This document shows, in pieces, positions 35,615 to 44,669 of a stretch of DNA of 45,483 nucleotides. The position numbers and the translations under genes are program-made. The notes under the pieces were generated by a model. The model had not been told where the DNA came from, made no database searches, and saw only the letters and a program-made list of their open reading frames with translations. The stretch's first letter is position 1. The number at the start of each line of letters is the position of its first letter. This stretch comes from a bacterium (GTDB taxonomy: Bacteria > Pseudomonadota > Alphaproteobacteria > Rhodobacterales > Rhodobacteraceae), in contig JAYTQA010000313.1 in assembly GCA_043746955.1 (NCBI GenBank), forward strand, positions 1 through 45,483, read 5' to 3'.

Positions 35615-36499
35615 TCACACCCGGATCAGGTCTGCCCGCGCGGGAATCCCTATTGTGGCATAATCGGACAGAAACTGAACCGTGGCCGCACGCGACAGGC
35701 CGGTTTCGATCCGCACCCCCCGGCCGGCGGCAATGTCGACCCGAAGATGGCCGCCGAACTTGGCACGGGTTGCCAGAAAATCGTGAAACTCTTGCGCCGT
35801 CAATCGGCCGGGCCCGATCAAGGTCAGGTCAAAGCGCTGGAATGCCTGATCGACCCCCAATAGCCCCAAAGACCCAAACTTCGCCAGGATATGGTTCAGC
35901 ATCCGGCGGTCCAGCCCGCTGGCGAGCACCGCCCCCAGCCCAGCGTCCGCGCAGCCCAGATGCACCAGATGGCGACGCAGCGCGCCAAGATCGACGTTCC
36001 AGCCGGCAACCGGCGCAAAAAGGTCATAGCGCGCATTGTTCTGCGCACTCAAGGTCGCCTGCACGCCCGGAATAGCCCGCAACGCGGCTGCAACCACTTC
36101 GGCCCGGTTCCGCGTCACGCCGGTCAGGACATGGCCAGACGGGCCACCAAAGTCGCGAACCTCGCCAAACCCAAGCCGCGCCAGCGCTTGGGTCAGATCA
36201 ACCACCGCATCGTCGGTCGCCCGCAATGCGAGGTCAACATACTCGGGCTCGGCTTGCGCATCCACCGGGCGTATCGCCACATGCACCCCCATCGCGGTCA
36301 GCAAAGCGATTGCCTTGCGCGCCTCGGCCGGGGAAACCCGGGGCGCTATGACGCCACGGCCAAACGTCAAAAGCGCCTCGGCTGCGGCAAGGGTCAGCCC
36401 GAAATGCTGCACCACGATTCCGGCGGCGAGGTTGGCATGGCGGCCAGGTGCCAACAACGCGACCTGAACGGCATCGTCTGCAAGCTGCGGATAAGTCAT
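35615..36499 (-). CDS. Hypothetical cytoplasmic protein, apparently four tandem L7/L12-CTD (ClpS-like) repeats
   Basis: AGGAGG RBS. Residues 10-77 align without gaps by eye to the ribosomal L7/L12 C-terminal domain; three further units show the same pattern. Confidence 0.7.
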   Translation of the reverse strand: MTYPQLADDAVQVALLAPGRHANLAAGIVVQHFGLTLAAAEALLTFGRGVIAPRVSPAEARKAIALLTAMGVHVAIRPVDAQAEPEYVDLALRATDDAVVDLTQALARLGFGEVRDFGGPSGHVLTGVTRNRAEVVAAALRAIPGVQATLSAQNNARYDLFAPVAGWNVDLGALRRHLVHLGCADAGLGAVLASGLDRRMLNHILAKFGSLGLLGVDQAFQRFDLTLIGPGRLTAQEFHDFLATRAKFGGHLRVDIAAGRGVRIETGLSRAATVQFLSDYATIGIPARADLIRV

Positions 36500-36552
36500 T
36501 TTGTCCTCCTGTCGTTGCCGCAGACTATGCGTCTCCCCGTGTCACCATTGCG

Positions 36553-36587
36553 TGACTTACCCGTTAACGAAGCGTCAATTCGTTAAC
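36553..36587. promoter_or_regulatory. Cluster of CtrA-like sites and a 9-bp inverted repeat upstream of the 294-aa gene
   Basis: TGAC-N7-TTAAC, TTAA-N7-TCAA, and GTTAACGAA-N7-TTCGTTAAC. Confidence 0.6.
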
Positions 36588-36651
36588 AGGTCAGTCAGAA
36601 TGCCGGAGCAGTTTGACAGTATGGCGTGAATTTTGGGCGCGGATGCGGCGT

Positions 36652-38685
36652 TCAGATGACCGAAACCAGCCGCAACGCATCGTAAATCGCGGCATGGATG
36701 TTGCGCGCCTCAACCGCATCGCCGATGCGAAACAGCTGGAATCCGGCAGGCCCGCCGCCCAAAACCTGTGGCTGGGTGGCAATCAGCGCGTCGTGATCCA
36801 CCGCACCAAGGTTGACCGAGCGTGGCTTCAGCGCGAAATACACCTCATCCAGCGGCATTGTGCCATGGTTCACTACAATCTGATCGAAATGCCGGCTGAT
36901 CCCCAGTTTGGCATAGTCGCTGTCAATGTGCGCCTTGATCAGGTTGCCGTCCTGCTCAACCGAGGTCAACCGATAGGTCACCGTGAACGTCACCGCCTTA
37001 CCCTGCAGCGCGCGCATATAAGGCACCAGGTTCATCGCCATCACATCCGGTGCAAAGGTCCGGTCCGGGGTCATCACCTCAACCACGGCCCCCGATTCGG
37101 CCAAAGTCTGTGCGGCCTGCAACGCGGTATGGTCGCCCGCATCGTCATAAAGCAGCACATTCTGCCCCGGCTTCACATCGCCCGACAGGATATCCCAAGC
37201 CGAAACCGTCAGGTGGTTACCCGATGCGAGAATGTCCTTCTGCGCCATCCCGCCGGTCGCCACGATCACCACATCGGGGTTCAACGCGGCGATATCCTCC
37301 GCCGCAGCCCAGGTGTTGAACCGAAACTCCACCCCCAAAGCCGCACATTGCGCCATCCGCCAGTCGATGATGCCAATCATCTCGGCCCGCCGCTTGGTCC
37401 GTGCCAGCAAGCGCACCTGACCGCCCGGCTGATCGGCCGCCTCCAACACCGTCACCTGATGCCCGCGTTCGGCAGCCACCCGCGCCGCTTCCAGCCCGGC
37501 AGGCCCCGCGCCCACCACCACAACCTGCCGCTTGGTAGTCGCCGGTTTGATCGTGTGCGGCATCATCTCCTCCCGCCCGGTCGCCGGGTTATGGATGCAA
37601 AGCGCCATGCCGCCCTGATAAATCCGGTCGAGACAATAGGTCGCCCCCACACATGGCCGGATGTCATGCTCCCGCCCCTCGACAATCTTCTGCACAATAT
37701 GCGGGTCCGCCATATGCGCCCGCGTCATGCCCACCATATCCAACTGACCTGAGGCGATGGCATGCCGCGCGGTCGCAACATCCGGAATCCTGGCCGCATG
37801 AAAGGTCGGCATGCCCACCTCGGCCTTCATCCTGCCTGCGAAATCCAGATGCGGCGCCGACTTCATCCCATGGATCGGGATCACATCCGTCATCGCCGCA
37901 TCGGTATGGATGCGGCCCCTAATGATGTTCAGAAAATCCACCAGCCCGGAATCGCGGAACATCCGGCCAATCGCCACGCCCTCATCGACACTAATCCCGC
38001 CCGGCGCCACCTCATCCGCCGTGTAGCGCATCCCCAAAAGAAAGCTCGGCCCAACCCGTTTGCGCACCGCCGCCAAAACCTCCATCGCAAACCGGGCCCG
38101 GTTTTCCAGACTGCCGCCATAGGGTGCGGGCAATGCGTTGGTAAGCGGCGACATGAACTGGTCCAGCAGATGCCCGTAGCATTCAAACTCCACGCCATCG
38201 AGGCCCGCGTCCTTCATCCGTTCGGCAGCGTCGGCGAAGTCGCGGGTAACCCTTTCAATATCCCAATCCTCAATCACCTTGGGAAATGCGCGATGCGACG
38301 GTTCCCGCCCCGGTCCGGCCGCCAGCACCGGCAGCCAATCGCCTTTGTCCCACCGGGTCCGCCGCCCCAGATGGGTCAGTTGAATCATCACCGCAGCCCC
38401 CGCCTCGTGGCAGTCGTCGGCAATCCGGCGCATCCACGGCACCACTTCGTCCTTATAGGCCAGAACATTGTTGAACACCGGCGGCGAGTCCTTTGACACC
38501 GCAGCCGACCCCGCGGTCATCACCATCGCCACCCCTGCGCGGGCGCGCTCCAGATGATACAACCTGTAGCGGTCTTTCGGCATCCCATCCTCGGGATAGG
38601 CTGGTTCGTGACTGGTCGTCATGATCCGGTTGCGCAGGGTCAAATGCTTGAGGCGGTAAGGCTGCAACAGCGGATCGTTCGACAT
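36652..38685 (-). CDS. stcD: NADH:flavin oxidoreductase (OYE family), N-methylproline demethylase StcD/HpbA-like
   Basis: MSNDPLLQPYRLKHLTLRNRI..HEPAYPEDGMPK closely resembles recalled S. meliloti StcD; RPCVGATYCLDR..CIHN Fe-S motif; VVGAGPAGLEAA; GGAGG RBS. Confidence 0.85.
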   Translation of the reverse strand: MSNDPLLQPYRLKHLTLRNRIMTTSHEPAYPEDGMPKDRYRLYHLERARAGVAMVMTAGSAAVSKDSPPVFNNVLAYKDEVVPWMRRIADDCHEAGAAVMIQLTHLGRRTRWDKGDWLPVLAAGPGREPSHRAFPKVIEDWDIERVTRDFADAAERMKDAGLDGVEFECYGHLLDQFMSPLTNALPAPYGGSLENRARFAMEVLAAVRKRVGPSFLLGMRYTADEVAPGGISVDEGVAIGRMFRDSGLVDFLNIIRGRIHTDAAMTDVIPIHGMKSAPHLDFAGRMKAEVGMPTFHAARIPDVATARHAIASGQLDMVGMTRAHMADPHIVQKIVEGREHDIRPCVGATYCLDRIYQGGMALCIHNPATGREEMMPHTIKPATTKRQVVVVGAGPAGLEAARVAAERGHQVTVLEAADQPGGQVRLLARTKRRAEMIGIIDWRMAQCAALGVEFRFNTWAAAEDIAALNPDVVIVATGGMAQKDILASGNHLTVSAWDILSGDVKPGQNVLLYDDAGDHTALQAAQTLAESGAVVEVMTPDRTFAPDVMAMNLVPYMRALQGKAVTFTVTYRLTSVEQDGNLIKAHIDSDYAKLGISRHFDQIVVNHGTMPLDEVYFALKPRSVNLGAVDHDALIATQPQVLGGGPAGFQLFRIGDAVEARNIHAAIYDALRLVSVI

Positions 38686-38763
38686 TTTGTGACCTCCGGT
38701 TTCGCCCAAGTCTATGCGTTGCAGGCCATGCAAAATCACCCGTTTGCGACATAATCCAACCGG

Positions 38764-40596
38764 CTAAGCCCCGTTATGCCGCTGCCAGCCAATCCGGTCG
38801 AACAACGGACCATAAGCCTGCGCCAAAGCCCGCAACGCTGGCCCGTCCACCCGGTCGGTCCGGTCCCAAGCCTTATTCGCCAGCCCGAGGATGCGCGGGG
38901 CCAACATTGGCTCCATCTCCGCATCATGCGTGGTAAATTCGCCCCAAAAACAGCCCTCAACCCCCAAAACCTGGCCCGCGATATCCTCAGCACCCACCGG
39001 CACCGGCTGCCAGTTCACCACATCCTCCAGCGCCACATAAGCGGCCCAGGCGGTGCCCCAGTCGCCGATATCCCGCGTGTGCGCCATGTCGAAATAAACA
39101 TGCTGGGCGGGGCACATCACCACCTGATGCCCGGCCCGCGCCGCCGCAATCCCCGGCCCCTGTCCAGTCCACGAAAATAGCAAGGAATCGTGACCAATCC
39201 CGCCGTTTGTGCCTTTGGCAGCCTCCTCCCAAGCGGCAGTGCGAATGCCATGGTCGGCCAAAAATCCGGCGAGTTTCGCCATCGCCCAGCCCTGCACATC
39301 ATCGCGCGAGGTCAGGCCCTGCTCCGCCTTCAACCGAATGACCGCCGCCGACCCGCCCCACGCATCCGGCGGCAGTTCGTCACAGCCCAGATGCAGCATG
39401 CCCAACGGAAACATCCGCGCCACCTCCAGCGAAAGCGGCTCTAGCAAGGCCCAAGTCGCATCCAGCGCGGGGTTGAGGATGTTCTGCGGGTAGCCCTGAA
39501 TGCTGATCTCCGCCCCATTATCGCCCCGATCCCGCATGCCACTGCGCGCCATGTTCAGCGCAAAGCCATGGGCTGGCACTTCAATTTCCGGCAAAACCCC
39601 GATCTGCAAGGCGCTGGCATGGGCCAGAATCCGCTTCACATCGGCTTTCGAATAACTGCCGCCCGCCCGGATGCCGCCACCAAACACGCCGGGAACCACC
39701 TCGCACTCGCCGCGAAACTGGGTTTTTTGCCAGATATCCGGCGCGCAATCGACCTGCAGCCGAAACGCCTCGTCATCCGACAAATGCCAGTGAAACCGGT
39801 TGAGCTTCAGGAGCGCCATCAAATCCAGCAGTTTCAAAACCGTCTCGACCTGATAGAAATGCCGGGCACAATCCAGCATTTGCCCGCGCCATACAAAGCG
39901 CGGCCCATCCTCGATCCGCCCCAAAGGCAGCGCACCGTCATAGGTTTCGCGCAGAGTCAGCAGGGTAATTGCGGCACTAAACTGGCCAAAATCGCTTCCC
40001 GCCTGCAGAACCACCCCGTTAGCACCAATCTCCAGCACATGGTCGTCCCCCAGCGCCGCTTCCCGCAAGATCGTCACCGGTACGCCGCCCGGCACCAAAA
40101 ACCCCCGCAACCCACGCCGCAGCGCCAATGCGTCCACCGCCTGAAACTGCAGATCGTCACCGGCAAACCCAGCTACCGCAATCGTCCCAACCGCAGCCTT
40201 CCAGCGCGTCGGCTGCGGCACCAGTTTTAGCCCGGCAAACGCGGGCACCACACGCGGCGGCTCCGCGTCAAACCGCACCCCCAACTCGGTCGCGGGCAGC
40301 GCCACCGGCCCGGAACTGGTGCGTAGATACGGCCCCAGCGGCAGCCAGGCGCGGTTCTTCGGCGTAAAACTCGGCTCTGCATGGGCCAAAACGACCTTAT
40401 GCGGCACGCCGACCTTCAAATCCGGCAGCGCCACCTCGGTATAACCTGCCACCTGCCGCACCAATGTGCCGCCGGACACCACGCGGCCGGGCGTGAAGAT
40501 CGAACAGCAGAAAATTGCCCCGGAAATTGCAGTGTCAGAGACGATTTCGCAGTGAATCTCACTGCCGACAATCCGCGCCTGAAAGCCAAGTTCCAT
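38764..40596 (-). CDS. Beta-N-acetylhexosaminidase, GH20
   Basis: D.PRF.WRG.MLD.ARHF; KLN.FHWHLSDDE; PEIEVPAH; HLGCDE; PR..GLA..AW; GGAG RBS; no signal peptide. Confidence 0.92.
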   Translation of the reverse strand: MELGFQARIVGSEIHCEIVSDTAISGAIFCCSIFTPGRVVSGGTLVRQVAGYTEVALPDLKVGVPHKVVLAHAEPSFTPKNRAWLPLGPYLRTSSGPVALPATELGVRFDAEPPRVVPAFAGLKLVPQPTRWKAAVGTIAVAGFAGDDLQFQAVDALALRRGLRGFLVPGGVPVTILREAALGDDHVLEIGANGVVLQAGSDFGQFSAAITLLTLRETYDGALPLGRIEDGPRFVWRGQMLDCARHFYQVETVLKLLDLMALLKLNRFHWHLSDDEAFRLQVDCAPDIWQKTQFRGECEVVPGVFGGGIRAGGSYSKADVKRILAHASALQIGVLPEIEVPAHGFALNMARSGMRDRGDNGAEISIQGYPQNILNPALDATWALLEPLSLEVARMFPLGMLHLGCDELPPDAWGGSAAVIRLKAEQGLTSRDDVQGWAMAKLAGFLADHGIRTAAWEEAAKGTNGGIGHDSLLFSWTGQGPGIAAARAGHQVVMCPAQHVYFDMAHTRDIGDWGTAWAAYVALEDVVNWQPVPVGAEDIAGQVLGVEGCFWGEFTTHDAEMEPMLAPRILGLANKAWDRTDRVDGPALRALAQAYGPLFDRIGWQRHNGA

Positions 40597-40603
40597 GATG
40601 CTC

Positions 40604-41353
40604 CTAACGCGATTCCGCGATGAAATCGTAGATGTCGGACCGGTACAGCCCCCGGGTGAACTCGATCGGCCTGCCAGAGGCCAGATAGCCAGTCCGGTCG
40701 ATCCGCAAAACCGCAGATCCAGCGGCAAGGTTCAGCAAATCCGCCTCGCCCGGCGCCAGATTAACCGCCGTCACCCGCTGCACGGCACGGACCGGGGCGA
40801 CACCCGCCGCGCGCAGCACCGCATACAGCGAGGTTTGCACGCTGAACGGGTCGGGCAAAATATCCTCCGGCAGGGTCGACCATTCCAGCGCCATCGCCTG
40901 GCCATCGGCTGAGCGCAGCCGTTCAATCCGCGCCACCCGCTGGACCGAGGTCAACCCCAGCGCCATCTGCTCCTCGGGTCTTGGCGCAAAAAGCCCGCGT
41001 TGCAACACCTGACTGGAGGAAGCTTTCCCGCGCTGCCGCATGTGTTCGGTAAACGAAATCAGGTTTGACAGAGACTGTTCCAGCCGTTGCGGCTGCGGCC
41101 TGACGAAAGTGCCCGCGCCGCGCCGCTGCTCCAACGCGCCCTCTTCGACCAATTGCGCCACTGCCTTGCGCACCGTCACCCGGCTGACATCGGCCATCTC
41201 GGCCAGATCGCGTTCCGGCGGCAACTGCGCGGCGGACCCCAAAGCGCCCGACCGGATCAGCGCCGCGATATGCCGGTAAAGCTGGCTATAGCGCGGACCA
41301 CGGTCGGGCCGATACCAGTTGATTGGGGCAAATAGTTCCTGCATGTCCGTCAT
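40604..41353 (-). CDS. GntR/HutC-family regulator with UTRA domain (NagQ-like)
   Basis: LPPERDLA....VSRVTVRKA...L...G...R.G.GTFV; UTRA C-terminus GRPIEF...YR.D.Y.F; context of GlcNAc genes. Confidence 0.9.
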   Translation of the reverse strand: MTDMQELFAPINWYRPDRGPRYSQLYRHIAALIRSGALGSAAQLPPERDLAEMADVSRVTVRKAVAQLVEEGALEQRRGAGTFVRPQPQRLEQSLSNLISFTEHMRQRGKASSSQVLQRGLFAPRPEEQMALGLTSVQRVARIERLRSADGQAMALEWSTLPEDILPDPFSVQTSLYAVLRAAGVAPVRAVQRVTAVNLAPGEADLLNLAAGSAVLRIDRTGYLASGRPIEFTRGLYRSDIYDFIAESR

Positions 41354-41365
41354 GGCACTGCTGCG

Positions 41366-41375
41366 ATTGGTATTA
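41366..41375. promoter_or_regulatory. Candidate NagQ operator ATTGGTATTA (copy 1)
   Basis: The identical 10-mer occurs twice in the divergent intergenic region; TGGTATT is the reported NagQ repeat unit. Confidence 0.6.
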
Positions 41376-41470
41376 CATATGACCGGAAAAACCAGACCAC
41401 CTTCGACATTTGGCACCTGTTTCAGCAGAAAAACAAGCGATAAATCAAGATTAAGCGGGTTGTCTCTCCT

Positions 41471-41490
41471 ATTGGTATTATAAAGGTAGT
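41471..41490. promoter_or_regulatory. Candidate NagQ operator ATTGGTATTA-TAAAGGTAGT (copy 2, degenerate direct repeat)
   Basis: Upstream of the ABC permease operon. Confidence 0.6.
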
Positions 41491-41567
41491 AAAACAGCCG
41501 ATCTTTGCTAACATCCGCCTCAACCACAGATTCGGCACCTAGCGCCGGACCCAACCCGGGGAAACGC

Positions 41568-42491
41568 ATGGTCGAGGTTTCGCTGCCCATCCCGCGCATC
41601 GCACGCCGTCGCGACCTGTCAGAGGCGTGGTTTGCCTGGATTCTGATCGCCCCCGCAGTCGTCTTCATCGGGTTCATCGTCGCCTGGCCACTTTTGGAAA
41701 CCATCCGGCTGTCCTTCACCGACACCAGCATGACTTCTGGCCAGTGGGTTGGCTTGGACAATTACACCAAGATGCTGTCGAGCCCGAAGTTCCTGGAAAT
41801 CGTCGGCCGGACCTTCTTCTGGATGGTTCTGTCGGTCAGCCTGAAACTGATCGTCGGGCTGATCGGTGCCACGCTCCTGAACGCAGCGGTTCCCGGTCGT
41901 GCCTTGTTCCGGATGCTGGTCATGCCGCCATGGGTCATCCCGATTGCCATCGGCTGTTTCGGCTGGTTGTGGCTCTATAACGGCCAATTCGGCTTTCTGT
42001 CCGGCATGGGCCAGCGCTTGGGCCTGCTGAGCGGGCCGTTCGAATTTCTCGCCTACCGGAATTCCGCGTTCTATTCCGCCATCGTGACCGACGTTTGGGT
42101 CGGCACACCGCTGGTCTCGCTGTTCTTTCTCGCCGCCATGCAAGGCGTCAGCCGCGATCTCTACGAGGCGGCCTGGGTCGATGGCGCTGGCCGCTGGTAC
42201 CGCTTTCGCCGCATCACTGTGCCGCAGATCATGCCGGTGATCGTCTCGATGGCGCTGCTGTCCGCGATCTGGACCTTCAACAGCTTTGACATCATCTATG
42301 TGCTGACCCAAGGTGGGCCACGCGGCGCCACCACCACGATGATCATCGACACCTACAAGACCGCGATCGGCAATTACAAATTTGGCGAGGGCTCAACCCG
42401 CGCTGTGGCCATCGTGGTGCTGCTGGGTCTGTTTTCCCTGCTGTACCTGACACTTTTGAACCGGGTGAACAAATTCTACGGGGTCAAATGA
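41568..42491 (+). CDS. Carbohydrate ABC transporter permease (MalF-like)
   Basis: WVGLDNY; LYEAAWVDGA...RFRRIT.P EAA loop; TQGGP. Confidence 0.95.
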   Translation: MVEVSLPIPRIARRRDLSEAWFAWILIAPAVVFIGFIVAWPLLETIRLSFTDTSMTSGQWVGLDNYTKMLSSPKFLEIVGRTFFWMVLSVSLKLIVGLIGATLLNAAVPGRALFRMLVMPPWVIPIAIGCFGWLWLYNGQFGFLSGMGQRLGLLSGPFEFLAYRNSAFYSAIVTDVWVGTPLVSLFFLAAMQGVSRDLYEAAWVDGAGRWYRFRRITVPQIMPVIVSMALLSAIWTFNSFDIIYVLTQGGPRGATTTMIIDTYKTAIGNYKFGEGSTRAVAIVVLLGLFSLLYLTLLNRVNKFYGVK

Positions 42492-42492
42492 C

Positions 42493-43338
42493 ATGCTGAT
42501 GGACCGCTACACCCTGGTGCAAAAGATCGGCATCTACGTGGCCATCGCCCTGTTTCTGACCTTCATCCTCTTGCCGTTTCTGGAGATGATCCGCACCAGC
42601 CTGTCGCCGATGAGCCACCTGTTCCACGCACCTTACGAGATCTGGACCAGCGAATTTTCCTTCGACGCCTACCGCACCATGTGGCTCAAAGTGCCGCTTT
42701 TGGGTCGCTATATCCTGAATTCGATGTACATAGCCTCGATGGTCACCACGCTGACCATGATCCTGGTGATCCCTGCGGCCTATGCCTATGCGCGGCTCGA
42801 TTTTCCGTTCAAGCAAATCTCGCTCGGCGCGTTCCTGGCCGTCAACATGTTCGCCGGCGCAGTTTTGCTGATCCCGCTTTACCGCGTGATGCATACGCTC
42901 GGGTTGCTGAACACCTACTGGTCGATGATCATCCCCGGCGTCGCCTTCCTGATCCCGACCGGCATCTGGCTCCTGCGCGGCTATCTGGAGAAGATCCCGA
43001 AAGAACTGGAGGAGGCGGCCTATGTCGACGGCGCATCGCGCCTTTACACCTTGCGCCGCGTGGTGCTGCCGCTGGCGGTTCCGGGGCTGATCGTGGTCGG
43101 CGTGTCGGTGTTTATCGGCGCCTATGCCCAGCAATACCTGTTCGCCATCACCTTCAACCAGGTGCGCGAATATCAACCGCTGGCTGCCGGGTTGTTTGAA
43201 TTCATCGGCTATCAGTCGGTGGAATGGAACCAGATGATGGCCGCCGCTTTGACCGGGATTGTCCCGGTCGTGGTGGTGTTCCTGTTCCTGCAAAAATACC
43301 TCGTGGCGGGTCTGACCGCCGGCGCGGTGAAAGAATGA
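42493..43338 (+). CDS. Carbohydrate ABC transporter permease (MalG-like)
   Basis: IPKELEEAAYVDGA; FLFLQKYLVAGLTAGAVK. Confidence 0.96.
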   Translation: MLMDRYTLVQKIGIYVAIALFLTFILLPFLEMIRTSLSPMSHLFHAPYEIWTSEFSFDAYRTMWLKVPLLGRYILNSMYIASMVTTLTMILVIPAAYAYARLDFPFKQISLGAFLAVNMFAGAVLLIPLYRVMHTLGLLNTYWSMIIPGVAFLIPTGIWLLRGYLEKIPKELEEAAYVDGASRLYTLRRVVLPLAVPGLIVVGVSVFIGAYAQQYLFAITFNQVREYQPLAAGLFEFIGYQSVEWNQMMAAALTGIVPVVVVFLFLQKYLVAGLTAGAVKE

Positions 43339-43384
43339 CCACTCAAACGCAAGCCTTACCCAATACCAACCAAGGGAGTTTAGC

Positions 43385-44605
43385 ATGAACCTTACCAAAA
43401 CCCTGATGGTCGCGGCGGCCCTTCTGGGCAGCTCCGCCCTGACCGCCCACGCCACCGACCTGTCGTTCATCATGTGCGGCGATGCGCGTCCGGCTGACAA
43501 AGCCGCGATTGACAAGTTTCAGACCGACAATCCCGGCGTGAAGGTCAGCGTGGAGTTTGTGCCGTGGGGCACCTGCCAGGACAAGTCGATGACGCTTGCC
43601 GCCGCTGGCAACCCGGTGTCGGTCGCCTATATCGGTTCGCGCACGCTTCTGAAACTGTCGTCCGAAGGCCTGATCGTTCCGGCGGAAATTACCGACGACA
43701 TGGCCAAGAACTACCAACCCGGGGTTTTGAAAACCGTGTCCTCGGGCGGTAAATACTGGGGTTATCCCCACGCCTTCTCGACCAAGGCGCTCTATATCAA
43801 CTGCGACCTCGTCAAGGCCGCCGGCATGGAATGCAAAGCGCCCGAAACCTGGGCTGACATGATCGCCATGGCCAAGGCGGTCAAGGAAAAAGAAAAAGTC
43901 GCGGGCATCGGCATCGCGGGCAAAGATTTCGATAACACGATGCACATGTTCCTCGACTTTCTCTATTCCAATGGCGGCGCGGTGATGAATGCCGACACCC
44001 ACGAGCCGCAGCTTGACAGCAAGCAAACCCGCGAAACCCTGCAACTTTACGCCGACCTCTTGCCCTATATGGAAGAGGGTCCGACCGCCTGGGAACGTGA
44101 CCAGATGAAGGATCTGTTCAACGACGGCAAGCTCGGCATGTATGTATCGGGTCCGTGGGCCAAGGGTCAGTCCAAGGACAAGGTGCCCAACATGCTGGTC
44201 ACCGGGGTGCCGCACGGGCCTTCGGGCAAGACCGGCACCATCCTGATCACCGACTCGATCGCCGTCTTCAAGCAAAAAGACCCGGCGGTCCAGGCTGCTG
44301 CCCAAAAGCTGGCGCAGGCGCTGACCTCGGGGGCCACCCAGTACGATCTCGACAGCTCCTGGGGTCTGACGCCGATCTATCAGTATGAAAAGCTGGGCAT
44401 CGACAAGCCCTACTACGTCAACGACCCGTTCTGGAAAATCTTCGTGGACGGCATTGCCACCGGTGGGCCAGAGCCTTTGGTCACCGACTTCAAATCGCTG
44501 CAAGGTGTCTTCACCACGATGATCCAGGGCGTCATGCTGGGCGAGGGCGGCTCGATTGACAATCTGGTCAAACAGGCCGGCGTCGATCTGAAAGACGTGA
44601 AGTAA
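43385..44605 (+). CDS. Carbohydrate ABC transporter substrate-binding protein (SBP family 1)
   Basis: Signal peptide (AHA), APETWAD, F..GK.GMY.SGPW. Confidence 0.93.
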   Translation: MNLTKTLMVAAALLGSSALTAHATDLSFIMCGDARPADKAAIDKFQTDNPGVKVSVEFVPWGTCQDKSMTLAAAGNPVSVAYIGSRTLLKLSSEGLIVPAEITDDMAKNYQPGVLKTVSSGGKYWGYPHAFSTKALYINCDLVKAAGMECKAPETWADMIAMAKAVKEKEKVAGIGIAGKDFDNTMHMFLDFLYSNGGAVMNADTHEPQLDSKQTRETLQLYADLLPYMEEGPTAWERDQMKDLFNDGKLGMYVSGPWAKGQSKDKVPNMLVTGVPHGPSGKTGTILITDSIAVFKQKDPAVQAAAQKLAQALTSGATQYDLDSSWGLTPIYQYEKLGIDKPYYVNDPFWKIFVDGIATGGPEPLVTDFKSLQGVFTTMIQGVMLGEGGSIDNLVKQAGVDLKDVK

Positions 44606-44623
44606 CCCTGCCAATCTCCCTGC

Positions 44624-44654
44624 GGCGGGCGGCTTTCGGGTCGCCCGCCTTCTT
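44624..44654 (+). terminator. Hairpin with UUCG loop and short U-rich tail after the SBP gene
   Basis: GGCGGGCGGCT-TTCG-GGTCGCCCGCC-TTCTT. Confidence 0.65.
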
Positions 44655-44669
44655 CTGCCAGAGGATGCC

